Assembly: GCA_036339735.1 (NCBI GenBank)
Contig: JAYZAL010000038.1
Coordinates: 11,023-75,022 of the forward strand
DNA length: 64,000 bases
Direction: 5' to 3'
Origin: Candidatus Poribacteria bacterium
GTDB taxonomy: Bacteria; Poribacteria; WGA-4E; UBA9662
Shown: positions 10,596 to 21,646 of the stretch, in pieces
Layout: each line of letters opens with the position of its first letter
Numbering within the stretch: position 1 is the first letter of the stretch
The notes under the pieces: generated by a model
Database searches by the model: none
What the model saw: the letters and a program-made list of their open reading frames with translations, nothing else
Told to the model about the DNA's origin: nothing
Program-made: the position numbers and the translations under genes

Positions 10596-11148
10596 AAAGC
10601 CAGTGAGGATAGCTGAAAAACTAAACAGTTGTGTACAACTAAGACCGTATACGTCTATTATTTTATATAAAGTGTCAACCTGAAGAAAATTTCTGAATAA
10701 CCGAAGGTCTATCTGTGGCTAGCTTTCGTATGAAAGTTGATGGTAATTCAATTGAGTCTTTACTACCAAGCAATCCACATCCCAATTCGCACCCAACTCA
10801 AGCCTAAATTTGGCATCTTTTCGTTTGCCTCAAATACTATGGCAACTCTATTTTTCGCATCTACCCCAAAATTCGATTGAAGTTGTCTCATTTGTCATCT
10901 GGTTATCCCCTAATGTCGAATTGTATAATCGCTTTGTCTACCTGAAGTACAGTTAATCTTTTAGGTGTCTCTTTTTTTGTAGTTACGTTACTATTTATTT
11001 GTTTTCAGAAACTAACTGAGTTCATTTGGTAATAAAGGTAAGACATTATTTACCTAAATTAAGAAAGATTTTTCTCAGGAAAAATTTGAAGTTGGACTCT
11101 ATACAAAAGACAATAATGGCTTAAGCATAAAATAGGTTTGGTTAAAAA

Positions 11149-12120
11149 TTGAAAACAAGAGAGAACAGTACAAGAAATATATCCATTATTGGTACAGGTT
11201 TAAGTGCGATATTTGCAGCGAGAATAATCCAAGAAAGGTCAGATAGAAAAGTTATTCTTTTTGATAAGGCAAGGGGCGTTGGAGGACGATTGGCGACAAG
11301 AAGGTCCGAAAATGGTAAATTCGATCACGGACTCCAATACTTTGATATTGAATCCATATCAGGTATACCAGAAATTCAAGAATTAATTGAAAAAGAAATA
11401 ATTACTTCGATTTCAGGGTCTAACCGTTTTTTTGCTCCTGGAGGTATGACTAATATTGCAAAATATCTACTACAAAATTATCAAATCAATAAAGAGCACA
11501 AACTGACTTCAATTTCTTCTAGAGACAAAGGTTTTCAAATCAGTTTTGAAAACGGTAAACATTATGTCTGCGATGATATGATCTTGTCTTCTCCAATTCC
11601 ACAAACTTTAGAAATACTAGAGAATAGCCAAGTAGTGATTAGCCCAGATACTTTGGGTTGCTTGAAGAAATTAGCTTATGACATGTGTCTAGTAGTAATG
11701 GTAGAAGCAAATAACAAGCTTGAAAAAAAGAAAAATGAGCTTGGCTTAAAAGTGGGAAATGCCAAAATTTCGTGGATTGGAGATAACCATGTGAAAAATG
11801 TTTCTGACACTGTCAATTTTTATACAATTCACTGTTCTCCAGAGTTTAGTTTGGATAATTTTGACAAAAGTGATGACAAGATAAACGAAGCTTTAGATAT
11901 TGAATTACAATCATATTTCCACGAAGGATATAGAATCTTATCCAATCACAAATGGCGATATTCGATACCAAAATCCTTTTATCAACTCGATACATCCTTG
12001 GTTCTCGAGTCCGATGGATTTTTGGGATTGTGTGGAGATATTTTTACCAATGGCAGATTTGATGGGGCAATACAATCGGGAATATCAATCGCTAAAAAGT
12101 ATTTAACATATGATTTTTAG
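11149..12120 (+). CDS. Renalase-like NAD(P)/FAD-dependent oxidoreductase (COG3380 family)
   Basis: N-terminal dinucleotide fold 'ISIIGTGLSAIFAARII....VILFDKARGVGGRLATRR...FDHGLQYF' is characteristic of the COG3380/renalase-like family. TTG start in the ORF track. Confidence 0.7.
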   Translation: MKTRENSTRNISIIGTGLSAIFAARIIQERSDRKVILFDKARGVGGRLATRRSENGKFDHGLQYFDIESISGIPEIQELIEKEIITSISGSNRFFAPGGMTNIAKYLLQNYQINKEHKLTSISSRDKGFQISFENGKHYVCDDMILSSPIPQTLEILENSQVVISPDTLGCLKKLAYDMCLVVMVEANNKLEKKKNELGLKVGNAKISWIGDNHVKNVSDTVNFYTIHCSPEFSLDNFDKSDDKINEALDIELQSYFHEGYRILSNHKWRYSIPKSFYQLDTSLVLESDGFLGLCGDIFTNGRFDGAIQSGISIAKKYLTYDF

Positions 12121-12339
12121 ATCAACTTAAAAAACCTAAGCAACTATTTGACCACCGTTGGATTAGTTCACAACTAAACTTGTTGATTATGTCTGTATTG
12201 GATCAAACTGATTGCTACTGAAATTCTCTAAAGTTTGGTCTTCTTAATAGAGTAGCTCTAAAATCCTGAACGGGTCAGTAAGCGTAATTCCCAAGGTGTG
12301 TCAATCACATCGAGCAAACGTCAGTAGTATGGACTTTCT

Positions 12340-13191
12340 CTAAATTAACCGCTCATCTGGAAATCTATTGTACTCCATCGGTATAGCATCACCAGAATAA
12401 TTGGGGATAACTTCCAAAATTTCATGAAGCGCAGATTCTGGCCATTTTCCATGTTTCGTATGGAATTGCTGATGGATCCAACTTTTTGTCCTTGGATGAA
12501 GGTCATCGAAATGCGGGTGATACCAGATGGTAATTACGGTTCGGCGTTCATCTGATTGGTTCTCGTGTGTTGCATGAAACATACGTGCATCTCCAATCAC
12601 TACATCTCCAGCATACATAGGTAGATCCTTTTCTCCCTCGTAATCCAAAAATCTAGGATCGTTGAGGTTTTTCATGTCGTTAATTTCTGATGTGTGGGCC
12701 TCACCCATTTCGTGCAGTATATGCCTCTTTCGATGAGTCCCTGGTAAAATTCTTAAGCACCCATTTTCTCTACTAGTGTCTTCCATGTAGTACATTAAAA
12801 AGATCATTGGGGCAATTTCACCGTATGACCTTGGGTCATCCCACATTAGGCAATCCTGATGCCAATATAGACGAGGACCTCTTGGTGGCTTACTGATTAT
12901 AACGGCTTTCCAGAAAGCACAATCATTCAATCCCATCTGATTTAATGCTTGTAAGACCACAGGGTTACCGACTATTCCAGAAAGTTCCGGATAGTCATCC
13001 GAGTCCACCATCAAACCAGGAGACTGATTTTTATTTGACTGTAAGTCAGCGTGCTTGGCAATCGCTTCATATACACAGTTCCTTGTGCGACTGAGTAGCT
13101 CACTACTTACTACATTCTTCAGGATACAATAACCTTCGCTTTGTAACTGTTCGCGACTGGAAGACAACATCTGCTTTTTTCTATAATCCAT
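12340..13191 (-). CDS. Phytanoyl-CoA dioxygenase (PhyH) family Fe(II)/2OG oxygenase
   Basis: 'WHQD' 2-His-1-carboxylate motif, 'LRILPGTHR', and a C-terminal His in 'MFHATHEN'. Confidence 0.65.
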   Translation of the reverse strand: MDYRKKQMLSSSREQLQSEGYCILKNVVSSELLSRTRNCVYEAIAKHADLQSNKNQSPGLMVDSDDYPELSGIVGNPVVLQALNQMGLNDCAFWKAVIISKPPRGPRLYWHQDCLMWDDPRSYGEIAPMIFLMYYMEDTSRENGCLRILPGTHRKRHILHEMGEAHTSEINDMKNLNDPRFLDYEGEKDLPMYAGDVVIGDARMFHATHENQSDERRTVITIWYHPHFDDLHPRTKSWIHQQFHTKHGKWPESALHEILEVIPNYSGDAIPMEYNRFPDERLI

Positions 13192-13848
13192 TAGTCGAAT
13201 CCCTAATCAAGAAGAAATACCAAGTACAAGAATCAGGATTACTATTTTAGTCTGAATAAAATTTAAGGACAACGTAATATGTTGGCTATACAAGCACTTT
13301 TGTAGAGGAGGTCACAACTTCAATATCTAATTTGATTATTAGGGGTTATTTGTCCCTCTTAACATACTTATCACATTTATTAGAACAAAAAAATATTCAT
13401 ACATTTAGTAGCGCATCGTCTACTTTGTAATTATGTAAGGCCAGATTGGTTTCAGAAAGTGCAAGCTGGACGCGAGTTTATTGGGTTATGAAGTTCTTAA
13501 TTATTTACTTTTCTTTTTGATACAAAATATCATGTGTAATTGAAAAAATATTGTCAACCAAGTAACAGGGGTCATCCAAAAATTCAAACGAGTAATTTTC
13601 CCTGAAGGTATTTCTTGAATAGAGATTTCAGGTCTTTTACATTTAGTTATATTTAGAAAATGAGACTATCAGTTGATTTTTAACAATAATTCGAGATTCA
13701 TTAAGTTGATAGTTCAACAGTTGCACATATTAAATTTCCTTTTTATAACTAAACTTAAAAGTAGGGGAAATTTGCTCACCTGTGGTAAGTTGACCAATTT
13801 GGGAAGCTATGATAAGTTCTGGGCTAAGATTTATATGGTAGGAACCAA

Positions 13849-15000
13849 ATGGGAAAAAATTATCAATCTCTATCTGAGGTTAGAAAAGAACTACGTGTCG
13901 ATTGGTATAGGTGTCCTATAGAATCCTCAAAATTGCGTGAATTATCAAAAAGGAGTGATTTGCAAGGTTGGTTTCAAGCTGGTGGGCACCTTGCTTTATT
14001 CATATTTACTGCAACGTTATCTTACTACTTCTGGCAACTCAAAAACTGGCCTATTGTAGTAATTACACTTTTTGTACATGGAACCATTGGAAGTTTTTTT
14101 AGTGGTGTTGCACCACATGAATTAGGACACGGTACTGTTTTTAAAACTAAGTGGTTGAATAAGTTTTTTATGTATCTTTTCAGCCTTCTAAGTTGGTGGG
14201 ACCCTTTTGACTATGCTACTAGCCATACTTATCATCATAGATACACACAATATGTAGATGGTGATCGCGAAAACGTGTTTCCTCTCGAACCAAATTTGGG
14301 AATTGGTTTTTTGTTTCAAATTTTCACTATAAATATCTTTTCTAGACCTGGTCGGTCATTTGGAAAGGGAGGCTTAATTTACACAATTTACTTAACTTTT
14401 AGATCTGCGATGGGCAAAGTTGGATCGGTCCAAATTCCTAGCCAAGAATGGTTACAAGCTTTACATAATGATCAACCCAGACAACATCGAAAATCAGTTT
14501 GGTGGTCAAGGATACAACTTATATTTCATGGATCTGTTTTGGTCTATTCAATTTTGACGAAGCAGTGGATATTCTTATTTTTGCTAAATTTTTTCTCGTT
14601 CACAGCTAATTGGTTAGGATATTTTGTCGGCATGACACAACATTGTGGGTTACAAGGTAATGTTTCAGACTTTCGTAAATGTGTTCGTTCTATTAGAATC
14701 AACCCTTTTACATCTTTCTTATACTGGCGGATGAACTGGCACACCGAGCATCATATGTATGCGGGGGTTCCTTGTTATAATTTGAAAAAATTATCCCAGA
14801 TTATTGCCGACGATATGCCTCAACCGAGAACATTATTAGATGCATGGCGTGAAATGTTAGAAATTCAGAAAAAGCAAATGGAAGATCCGACTTATCAATT
14901 TGATACCCCTTTGCCAGCATCAGCAAATCAAAAGTCAATAAAAAATTCGGATGAGCTAGTTGACTCAATTGGCGAGTTAGCACCCGCAGGTCTGGAGTAG
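13849..15000 (+). CDS. Membrane fatty-acid desaturase family protein
   Basis: Three histidine boxes: 'HELGH', 'HTYHHRYT', 'HTEHHMY'. Multiple transmembrane segments. Confidence 0.8.
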   Translation: MGKNYQSLSEVRKELRVDWYRCPIESSKLRELSKRSDLQGWFQAGGHLALFIFTATLSYYFWQLKNWPIVVITLFVHGTIGSFFSGVAPHELGHGTVFKTKWLNKFFMYLFSLLSWWDPFDYATSHTYHHRYTQYVDGDRENVFPLEPNLGIGFLFQIFTINIFSRPGRSFGKGGLIYTIYLTFRSAMGKVGSVQIPSQEWLQALHNDQPRQHRKSVWWSRIQLIFHGSVLVYSILTKQWIFLFLLNFFSFTANWLGYFVGMTQHCGLQGNVSDFRKCVRSIRINPFTSFLYWRMNWHTEHHMYAGVPCYNLKKLSQIIADDMPQPRTLLDAWREMLEIQKKQMEDPTYQFDTPLPASANQKSIKNSDELVDSIGELAPAGLE

Positions 15001-15466
15001 ATCGATCCGATTGAAAATGATTAGCTAAATCAAAATTTTTATCAGTTCCAATAGTTGTTCATCAGTTGATTCTCTGCCCCAGCAAACCTCAACTCTTACC
15101 TGCATAAAAGGATTCAGATAATTTGTTGATGGGGATCCATCTCATGACTATAATTGTCAGAGATTTGATTGAAGGTGTCTTCATCTTTCCGTTTCACTTA
15201 TCTACAGTAGAAGTGCGTATGAGTTCGGTTATGCTGAGTTAAATTGAAAAAACGTTGCATCACAATGTCTATCTGGAAATATATAAAAGTAGTCAGGTCT
15301 TCGGTAAATCTGTCTGGGAAATAATTTTCACGTTTTCCACTTTTGCATCTTGGCCGAACCCAACGCACGGAAGTAGGTGGAAATAATTTATTTGAAAGAT
15401 AAATATCAGGATTTAGAAGTAAAGTAGATGTCTGTTTATATTGCCGATTCTCGTCGATATGGGACA

Positions 15467-16421
15467 ATGCAGTACCGTCGATGTGGTCGAAGTGGCATCA
15501 AGTTACCTTTGATTTCGATAGGTTTATGGAAGAATTTGGGGGGATGATCCTATTGAAACTAGCCGATCGATTTTGCATAGAGCTTTTGATTTGGGAATTA
15601 CCCATTTCGATCTCGCGAACAATTACGGCCCGCCTTACGGTTCTGCCGAAGCAAATTTCGGTAAGATCCTGAATGATGACTTTTTGGTCTACAGAGATGA
15701 AATGATTATTTCAACTAAAGCGGGTTTTGATATGTGGCCCGGTCCCTATGGTAATTGGGGATCTCGTAAATACTTAGTGGCAAGTTTGGATCAAAGTTTA
15801 CAAAGGATGGGACTCGATTATGTTGATATTTTCTATCACCACCGGCCTGATCCTGAAACTCCTCTAGAAGAGACCATGTCTGCCTTAGATAGCATAGTGC
15901 GGTCAGGTAAAGCATTATACGTGGGTATTTCAAATTACTATTCTACTGAATTGACCCAAAAGGCGAACCAAATCCTGAAGTATCTTGGAACACCGTGCCT
16001 GATTCACCAACCACGCTATAATCTAATGGACCGACGAATTGAAAATAGTTTGTTAAAAACTTTAGAAAGTGAGGGGGTTGGTTGTATCCCTTTTTCAGTT
16101 CTCAATCAAGGGATTTTGAGCAATAAGTATCTGGGGCAAATCCCTGAAGGATCCAGAATAGCTAAAGCCCATACACCGATGGAGAAAAGTAACTTAACAG
16201 ATCATCTAACGCAAAAAATAGGCCACTTGAACAAGATAGCACTTGAACGGGGATAATCCTTAGCTCAAATGGCGCTGGCCTGAGTACTACGAAATGAGTC
16301 AGTAACGACTGCTCTATGTGGGGTCAGCCAGCCGAAATAAATTGAAGACAATGTTAAAGCTCTCAATTATCTAGAATTTGGTTCTGATGAGTTAGCAGAA
16401 ATTGATCAAATTGTATCTTAA
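15467..16421 (+). pseudogene. Aldo/keto reductase (Tas/YghZ-like) with a frameshift and three in-frame nonsense codons
   Basis: N-terminus in frame 2 ('MQYRRCGRSGIKLPLISIGLWKNLGG'). Frame switches within a GGGGGG run at ~15538-15543 to frame 3 ('GRIWGDDPIETSRSILHRAFDLGITHFDLANNYGPPYGSAEANFG...'). The AKR C-terminus continues past the ORF-track end at 16256 through in-frame TAA (16254), TGA at a conserved Trp position ('ALA*VL') and TAA ('PK*IEDNVKAL'), to the natural stop at 16419. Confidence 0.7.
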
Positions 16422-16782
16422 ATGAGCTGATCATCGGTCCTTAGGAAAATACCTCTTGCATGAATCCGATAGAAAATAGAGAAGATATTTCACCTAGTAT
16501 GGCAATAATATGAAGTGGAATTTCCGTGTGTGAGTATGAAAAAATAAAATAGATCAACAAACCATTATATGCTTTTTATAAAATTACAATTGACATATTT
16601 AACTGATTCTTAAATTAAAATCCCAATTCAGAGACAGATTGATGTCTTAAAATGGAGCGAGGAAAAAGCTGTTTATTACTTTAATACTTCTAAACTTCTT
16701 TTCTTTTTGTTACACCTAATATTTGTTTGCAATCGCCTAATCCAGAGCATACATTTCTGCTGTTGTCCGTGTTATGCAACAA

Positions 16783-16815
16783 AAGGTGCATTGTTTGTGT
16801 GAGGCAATGCACCTT
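16783..16815. other. Perfect 11-bp stem hairpin (AAGGTGCATTG-11 nt loop-CAATGCACCTT)
   Basis: Read directly. On the minus strand it is followed by TTTGTTG, so it may be a terminator for the minus-strand gene at 17161-17550, though it lies ~350 nt downstream of it. Confidence 0.25.
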
Positions 16816-17160
16816 CATCAGCAGTAATTACTTAGTCGGTATTCGGTTAGATGTGTGCCCACCCAAACGAGTTAAAACCTGTATAGAAAAATGAGGCACT
16901 CCCATTATATGACACAATCTTTGGGCTCATACCAGTAGTGCACGACCTATGTACTACTACAGAATCTTCTACATTCATTGGATACAAAAGTACGAATCAC
17001 AAGTGTATCCTATTCAAGAAAAGAACTCATAAAGTTTGACGGCTGTCCTATTTGACCCCTAGGGAGCCTAGTTTCGGGGCCAATATGAGTCTCGCGGACA
17101 ATTTCTAAGGCTCAAACGTTTCATTTCGCTCTAAATTAGAGCCCAATAAAAGCTAGTTGA

Positions 17161-17550
17161 TTACACGTTGACTTCATAACTAAGCTTAATCTCATCACCG
17201 TGCATACCACGGAATCCCCAATTCGAAGCTGGACTTTCACTAATACAAATTTCTAAATCCATATGGCTGATGCCAACTTGTGCTTGAATCCTATCAAAAA
17301 GGAGGCGTATCAATCTCTTTTTGGTTTCACTTGTCCTACCTTCTATCATGGAAATTTCGATTATGGTGTAAGAATCCGTTCTGCCTTTGGGCATGAAGAA
17401 ATTTTCTTTCTCTACAGGAATGAATCTCTGGGCACGCTTATCTTCAGGCATTCCTAGCGCATCCATAACACATGAATGCACTGTCGAAGACAATTTTTCT
17501 CTTATTGATATTAACTTGTTGCTGACACCAAAGATTTTAATTTGAGGCAT
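17161..17550 (-). CDS. Tautomerase superfamily enzyme (Pro-1; 4-OT/cis-CaaD-like)
   Basis: Starts 'MPQIKIF...' (catalytic Pro after the initiator Met). 129 aa in a beta-alpha-beta-like arrangement. Strong AGGGAG Shine-Dalgarno. Confidence 0.5.
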   Translation of the reverse strand: MPQIKIFGVSNKLISIREKLSSTVHSCVMDALGMPEDKRAQRFIPVEKENFFMPKGRTDSYTIIEISMIEGRTSETKKRLIRLLFDRIQAQVGISHMDLEICISESPASNWGFRGMHGDEIKLSYEVNV

Positions 17551-17755
17551 GTATTTTCGCTCCCTATTTGTATTAAGGCTGACTAGTCTATCTCAGATCG
17601 TAATCACGCTCTTTGAGTTTAATAAAACCATAGCACCTAATTTTTCATTGGCCATCTCCACCCCCTAACTCCGGAAAGATAAAATAGAAAAATAACATCT
17701 GTTAAATGAAAAGCTGAATTTGGTTGAGTTCAGTTTCAATCGTTTGCTTCCTCAG

Positions 17756-18532
17756 CTAGCTTTTCTTTGCTACTGTTAGCATATTCACCGTTTCCTGCTC
17801 TGACAATTTTGAACCGTTCAATTCGTACTGACCCAAGACTTCAAATCCATTCCTAATCAATATTCTTCTTAGCTCTCTTGCTGTATAAATTTGTAGAGTA
17901 AATTTATCCTTGAGAACTTTCGGCTCATTACATTCTTTTTCTATAGTAAAACAATCATAAGATGTGAGACGTCCATTTTCTCTATCTATCTCAGAATTTT
18001 GACTATGGTAGATTTTAGTATCACCTGTTATTACCTTCACGTCCATTGCTAGGTTCTTTATTGCATCATCAGTCATTGCGTTCAAATTAAATATATCAAA
18101 TACATATACTCCTCCAATTACTAGATTTTCATGTATATTTCTGATTCCTTTCTCAAAATCAGTTTTGGTAAGATGCCCTATAGCATTGAATATAGTTATA
18201 GCCGCATCAAAACTACCCACCTGCGTTTCACGAACATCGCCTTCTATCAGTTCTACACCTAACTTTTTTTGCTGAGATTTTTCTCTTGCTATCTTCAACA
18301 AGAAAGGGCTGAGATCGACTCCCGTCACTTGGTAGCCCAATGTTGTAAGCCCGAACAATTGAGCGCCAGTGCCACAAGTAAAGTCTAACACTGTCTTTAC
18401 TTTATGTTGGCTAAGTATCCTATCAATAAAATGATTTTTCCGATCTATCTCATCTTGACTCGCACTTAGTAAGTCGTAGTACTTGTACAATTTGCTATAT
18501 GTAAGCGGAAATCCTAATTGATTTTTACCCAT
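17756..18532 (-). CDS. Class I SAM-dependent methyltransferase
   Basis: 'VLDFTCGTGAQLFGLTTLGYQVTGVDLS' SAM-binding motif. Confidence 0.7.
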   Translation of the reverse strand: MGKNQLGFPLTYSKLYKYYDLLSASQDEIDRKNHFIDRILSQHKVKTVLDFTCGTGAQLFGLTTLGYQVTGVDLSPFLLKIAREKSQQKKLGVELIEGDVRETQVGSFDAAITIFNAIGHLTKTDFEKGIRNIHENLVIGGVYVFDIFNLNAMTDDAIKNLAMDVKVITGDTKIYHSQNSEIDRENGRLTSYDCFTIEKECNEPKVLKDKFTLQIYTARELRRILIRNGFEVLGQYELNGSKLSEQETVNMLTVAKKS

Positions 18533-18852
18533 TATGGTTCTAAATTTTTCAACTTAAGGGAATGTAATTAAACATACGATAGCTATTTGGAGCAGAGAAT
18601 AAGATCTGACATAGTCCTTTTCCTGAGATTTACTGACAGGCAAATCCATTTCATATGTGTCCTGTAGCATATAACGGACACCCCATATCTACAATGGTTG
18701 AATTACCTAATAGTTCCTACCCTACTTCTTTGTCTCCAGAACACCGACGTATCACCCGTATTGTATGTAGACATTAAAGGACCAGTTTGGCCACTAGACC
18801 ACATACAATACAATAAGTTCAGCTTATAGCTTTGGCTGAAAAAATATTTAGC

Positions 18853-20190
18853 CTAAATTTCATCCAGAATGGCGTGATCTTCAATAGAGATTAAGCCGGC
18901 AACCGTACCTTCTGGGTGTTGATACCAACCTGGATCCCGGTAATTAGTCAAATCTGACCTTACTTTAAGCAGAGTAAACATGCCACCCATGGTGATATAG
19001 TCAAAAGGTCCATCGCCACCAACCATAGGCAACGAGTTATCTGGGACAGGCATTCCTCCCTTTTCAATATGTATACCCATTTCCCCCATCCCGTCTTCAC
19101 CCATTGGCATGTAGTCGGGTAGTAATCGACTAATTTGGTCTGCCGCTGTCGCTTTTTTCATGCCGATGACATTTCGAAAATCATGCCCCATCTGATTCAT
19201 TACATGATGTGTCATATGACAATGTAAAGGCCAATCACCATTTTCACTAGCGATAAATTCAATCTCACGGGTACTACCAACCGGTACCAAAACGGTCGTT
19301 TCTGGCCATTGGGCAGATACTGGGAGCCGTCCACCATCCGTGGCTACGACCTTGAAATAATGGCCATGTAAGTGAATCGAATGATGATCCATAGCGCTTA
19401 AATTACCTAATCGAATACGAATCCTATCTCCGAGCTTGGCTACTAACGGAGCCGTACCAGGAAAGCAACGAGCATTCATGGTCAAAACATTAAAGTCTTT
19501 CATTTCGTTAGGATTAGGTCGGAATGTACCAGGATCTAATCTCCACTCACTTAGCATGATAGCAAAATCACGATCTACCTGATATTCAGGTGATTGATGG
19601 CGCGGATGAAAAATCATCATACCCATCATGCCCATCGCCATCTGAGTCATCTCGTCATGATGTGAGTGGTACATAAAAGTTCCCGATTGCCTGACGGTCC
19701 ATTCGTACTTAAATGTCTGACCTGGCTTTATGGCGGGTTGGGTTAGCCCACCTACGCCATCCATTCCATTAGGCAAGAAAACGCCGTGCCAATGGACTGT
19801 GGTTGGTGCAATCAAGTTATTGGTGACATAAATCCTTATCCTATCACCTTCAACGGCCTCAATAGTTGGTCCATGCACCTGTCCGTTGTAACCCCAACAT
19901 TTACCTTTCATACCAGGTGCGAATTCATGCCATATTTCTTCGGCCACTAGGTGATAAACTTTAACTCCATTTACGATTTTCCAAGGTAAAAAAGTCCCGT
20001 TAGGCGTTTCAACCGGCTGATAATCTTGAACCGGTTGTCCAGGCGATAGAATAGGTTCGTTTGGGTTTCCAGCGTAAGATTTCTCCCACTGTTGAGTTTG
20101 GCTTGCCTGAGCTAGGCCTAAAGCTTTACCCCCACCAGCTAATACACCAGTTTTTAACAAGTCTCGTCTTTGCATATTAATGGGCTCCAT
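18853..20190 (-). CDS. Multicopper oxidase (CopA/CueO-like) with Tat signal and Met-rich segment
   Basis: Twin-arginine 'MEPINMQRRDLLKTGVLAGGG'. Copper-ligand motifs 'HWHG', 'YHSHH', 'HLHGH', 'HCHMTHH'. Met-rich 'MTQMAMGMMGMMIFHP'. The ORF-track start at 20259 overlaps the upstream gene, so I trimmed it to ATG 20190. Confidence 0.8.
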   Translation of the reverse strand: MEPINMQRRDLLKTGVLAGGGKALGLAQASQTQQWEKSYAGNPNEPILSPGQPVQDYQPVETPNGTFLPWKIVNGVKVYHLVAEEIWHEFAPGMKGKCWGYNGQVHGPTIEAVEGDRIRIYVTNNLIAPTTVHWHGVFLPNGMDGVGGLTQPAIKPGQTFKYEWTVRQSGTFMYHSHHDEMTQMAMGMMGMMIFHPRHQSPEYQVDRDFAIMLSEWRLDPGTFRPNPNEMKDFNVLTMNARCFPGTAPLVAKLGDRIRIRLGNLSAMDHHSIHLHGHYFKVVATDGGRLPVSAQWPETTVLVPVGSTREIEFIASENGDWPLHCHMTHHVMNQMGHDFRNVIGMKKATAADQISRLLPDYMPMGEDGMGEMGIHIEKGGMPVPDNSLPMVGGDGPFDYITMGGMFTLLKVRSDLTNYRDPGWYQHPEGTVAGLISIEDHAILDEI

Positions 20191-21646
20191 CAGAATATTC
20201 AATTTCAATTTTTTTATTATGGGTTGGTTGTTGGTCTTCTTCACTTGGTAGTCGGCCATTCAACAATTGTCTCAGTTGTGAAGCCTTAATTAGGTAATTG
20301 TAACCGGCTTGAAAATAGTCTAACTGGTGTTTAGCGAGTTGTTGCCTGGCTTCCAGTAGACGGATGGTTCCAATTTGCATCGCATTATATTGCAGTTGTT
20401 GTTGTTCCAAAATTTGATTTTGTCCAGGTAAAACTTGATTTTGATAAAAGTCAACCACCCTTTTTGCACTGATTAGTTCTGCCTTGAGAATTCTAGCTCT
20501 GGATCGAACTTCGACAGCGGTTTGGTAATAAGAGTGCTCTAAGTTTTTTTCCCTAGATTCAAGCATTGATTTTTGGGCCTGTCCACGATTAAAAATAGGC
20601 AATGCTAAACCAATTAGTGGTCCAATCTTTTTTTCTGTCTGGCCTGAAGCGGTTTCCATACCTATTTCAAAATGAGGCAACAATCCACGCCTCTGCTCTA
20701 AGCTAATCTGTTTCCGAATTAGATTGATTTCCTGTTTCTGAATTTTGAGATTGATATTAGCTTCAACAGCCTGATTTTCAATCTGACTCAGATTGTTTGA
20801 TTTAATACTGGTTTCTAGGAGAGGTAAAGGTAAATCTGATGGTTGGATCTGCCAGTTAATGTCTTTGCCCCATAACCCCATCAGTTGGTTAAGTCGCTCA
20901 CGACTACGACGATAATCATCCTCAACTGTTAATAGACTTAGTTTAGCTTGTTGATAGATGGAAGTTTGTTGTAGGAAATCCAAACGAGTAAGGTTACCAG
21001 CCTGAAATAGACCAGTGGCAAAATCTGTGGCAGCTTCGTTGGCGAGCACAATTTGGCGATGGACTTCCATACGATACCAATCAGTTACCAATTGGTGGTA
21101 TGCTTGCTCAGTTTGACTAATCAAGTCGATTACTTCAGCTCTAATTTGATGAGCTGTCATTTTTACGTAGTACTTTTGTATTGCCTGTTGTTTAGGGTTA
21201 AATAACAGATCAGCTATATCCATACTGATAACCATCTCTGACTCTGCTGAATGTGCATGTTCATTTGGCCAATCTGTATGCAGAGAAAAGTGAAGCGACG
21301 GGTTTGACCAAATCCCTGAAGCAACCCACTCTGCCTGATCGATGCCTAGCCGTTGGAAACTAGCCTGAAGGGATCTATTATTAAGCAAAGCCATTTGGAC
21401 TGTCCGTTGCAGATCAAGTGGCTGAGACAACATTTCTTCCCGTTTAGCTGAAGATAACGCACCCATTTTAAGCTGATGACTAGTCTGTTGTTTAGTAACG
21501 GTGCTAATTTCCGAAAAAGTTTGTTGTACAGAGAAATTAGCACAGCCAGTTGCTATAAGCCCAATTACCCACGAGACGAGCAATATTAGAAACAATGTCT
21601 TGAGTCTCCACCAATTTTCAATGATTACTTTCTTTCTATTGGTCAT
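20177..21646 (-). CDS. Outer-membrane efflux lipoprotein, NodT/TolC (CusC-like) family
   Basis: Lipobox 'ATGCAN' after the signal peptide. Roughly 460 aa with the two-repeat coiled-coil character of OEP proteins. Overlaps both flanking genes, which suggests an operon. Confidence 0.6.
   Translation of the reverse strand: MTNRKKVIIENWWRLKTLFLILLVSWVIGLIATGCANFSVQQTFSEISTVTKQQTSHQLKMGALSSAKREEMLSQPLDLQRTVQMALLNNRSLQASFQRLGIDQAEWVASGIWSNPSLHFSLHTDWPNEHAHSAESEMVISMDIADLLFNPKQQAIQKYYVKMTAHQIRAEVIDLISQTEQAYHQLVTDWYRMEVHRQIVLANEAATDFATGLFQAGNLTRLDFLQQTSIYQQAKLSLLTVEDDYRRSRERLNQLMGLWGKDINWQIQPSDLPLPLLETSIKSNNLSQIENQAVEANINLKIQKQEINLIRKQISLEQRRGLLPHFEIGMETASGQTEKKIGPLIGLALPIFNRGQAQKSMLESREKNLEHSYYQTAVEVRSRARILKAELISAKRVVDFYQNQVLPGQNQILEQQQLQYNAMQIGTIRLLEARQQLAKHQLDYFQAGYNYLIKASQLRQLLNGRLPSEEDQQPTHNKKIEIEYSDGAH

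Noticed and set aside
13673-13921. 82-aa ORF overlapping the start of the desaturase gene
   Set aside because: Low-complexity Ile/Leu/Lys-rich translation of AT-rich promoter DNA. It overlaps the better-supported ATG start at 13849.
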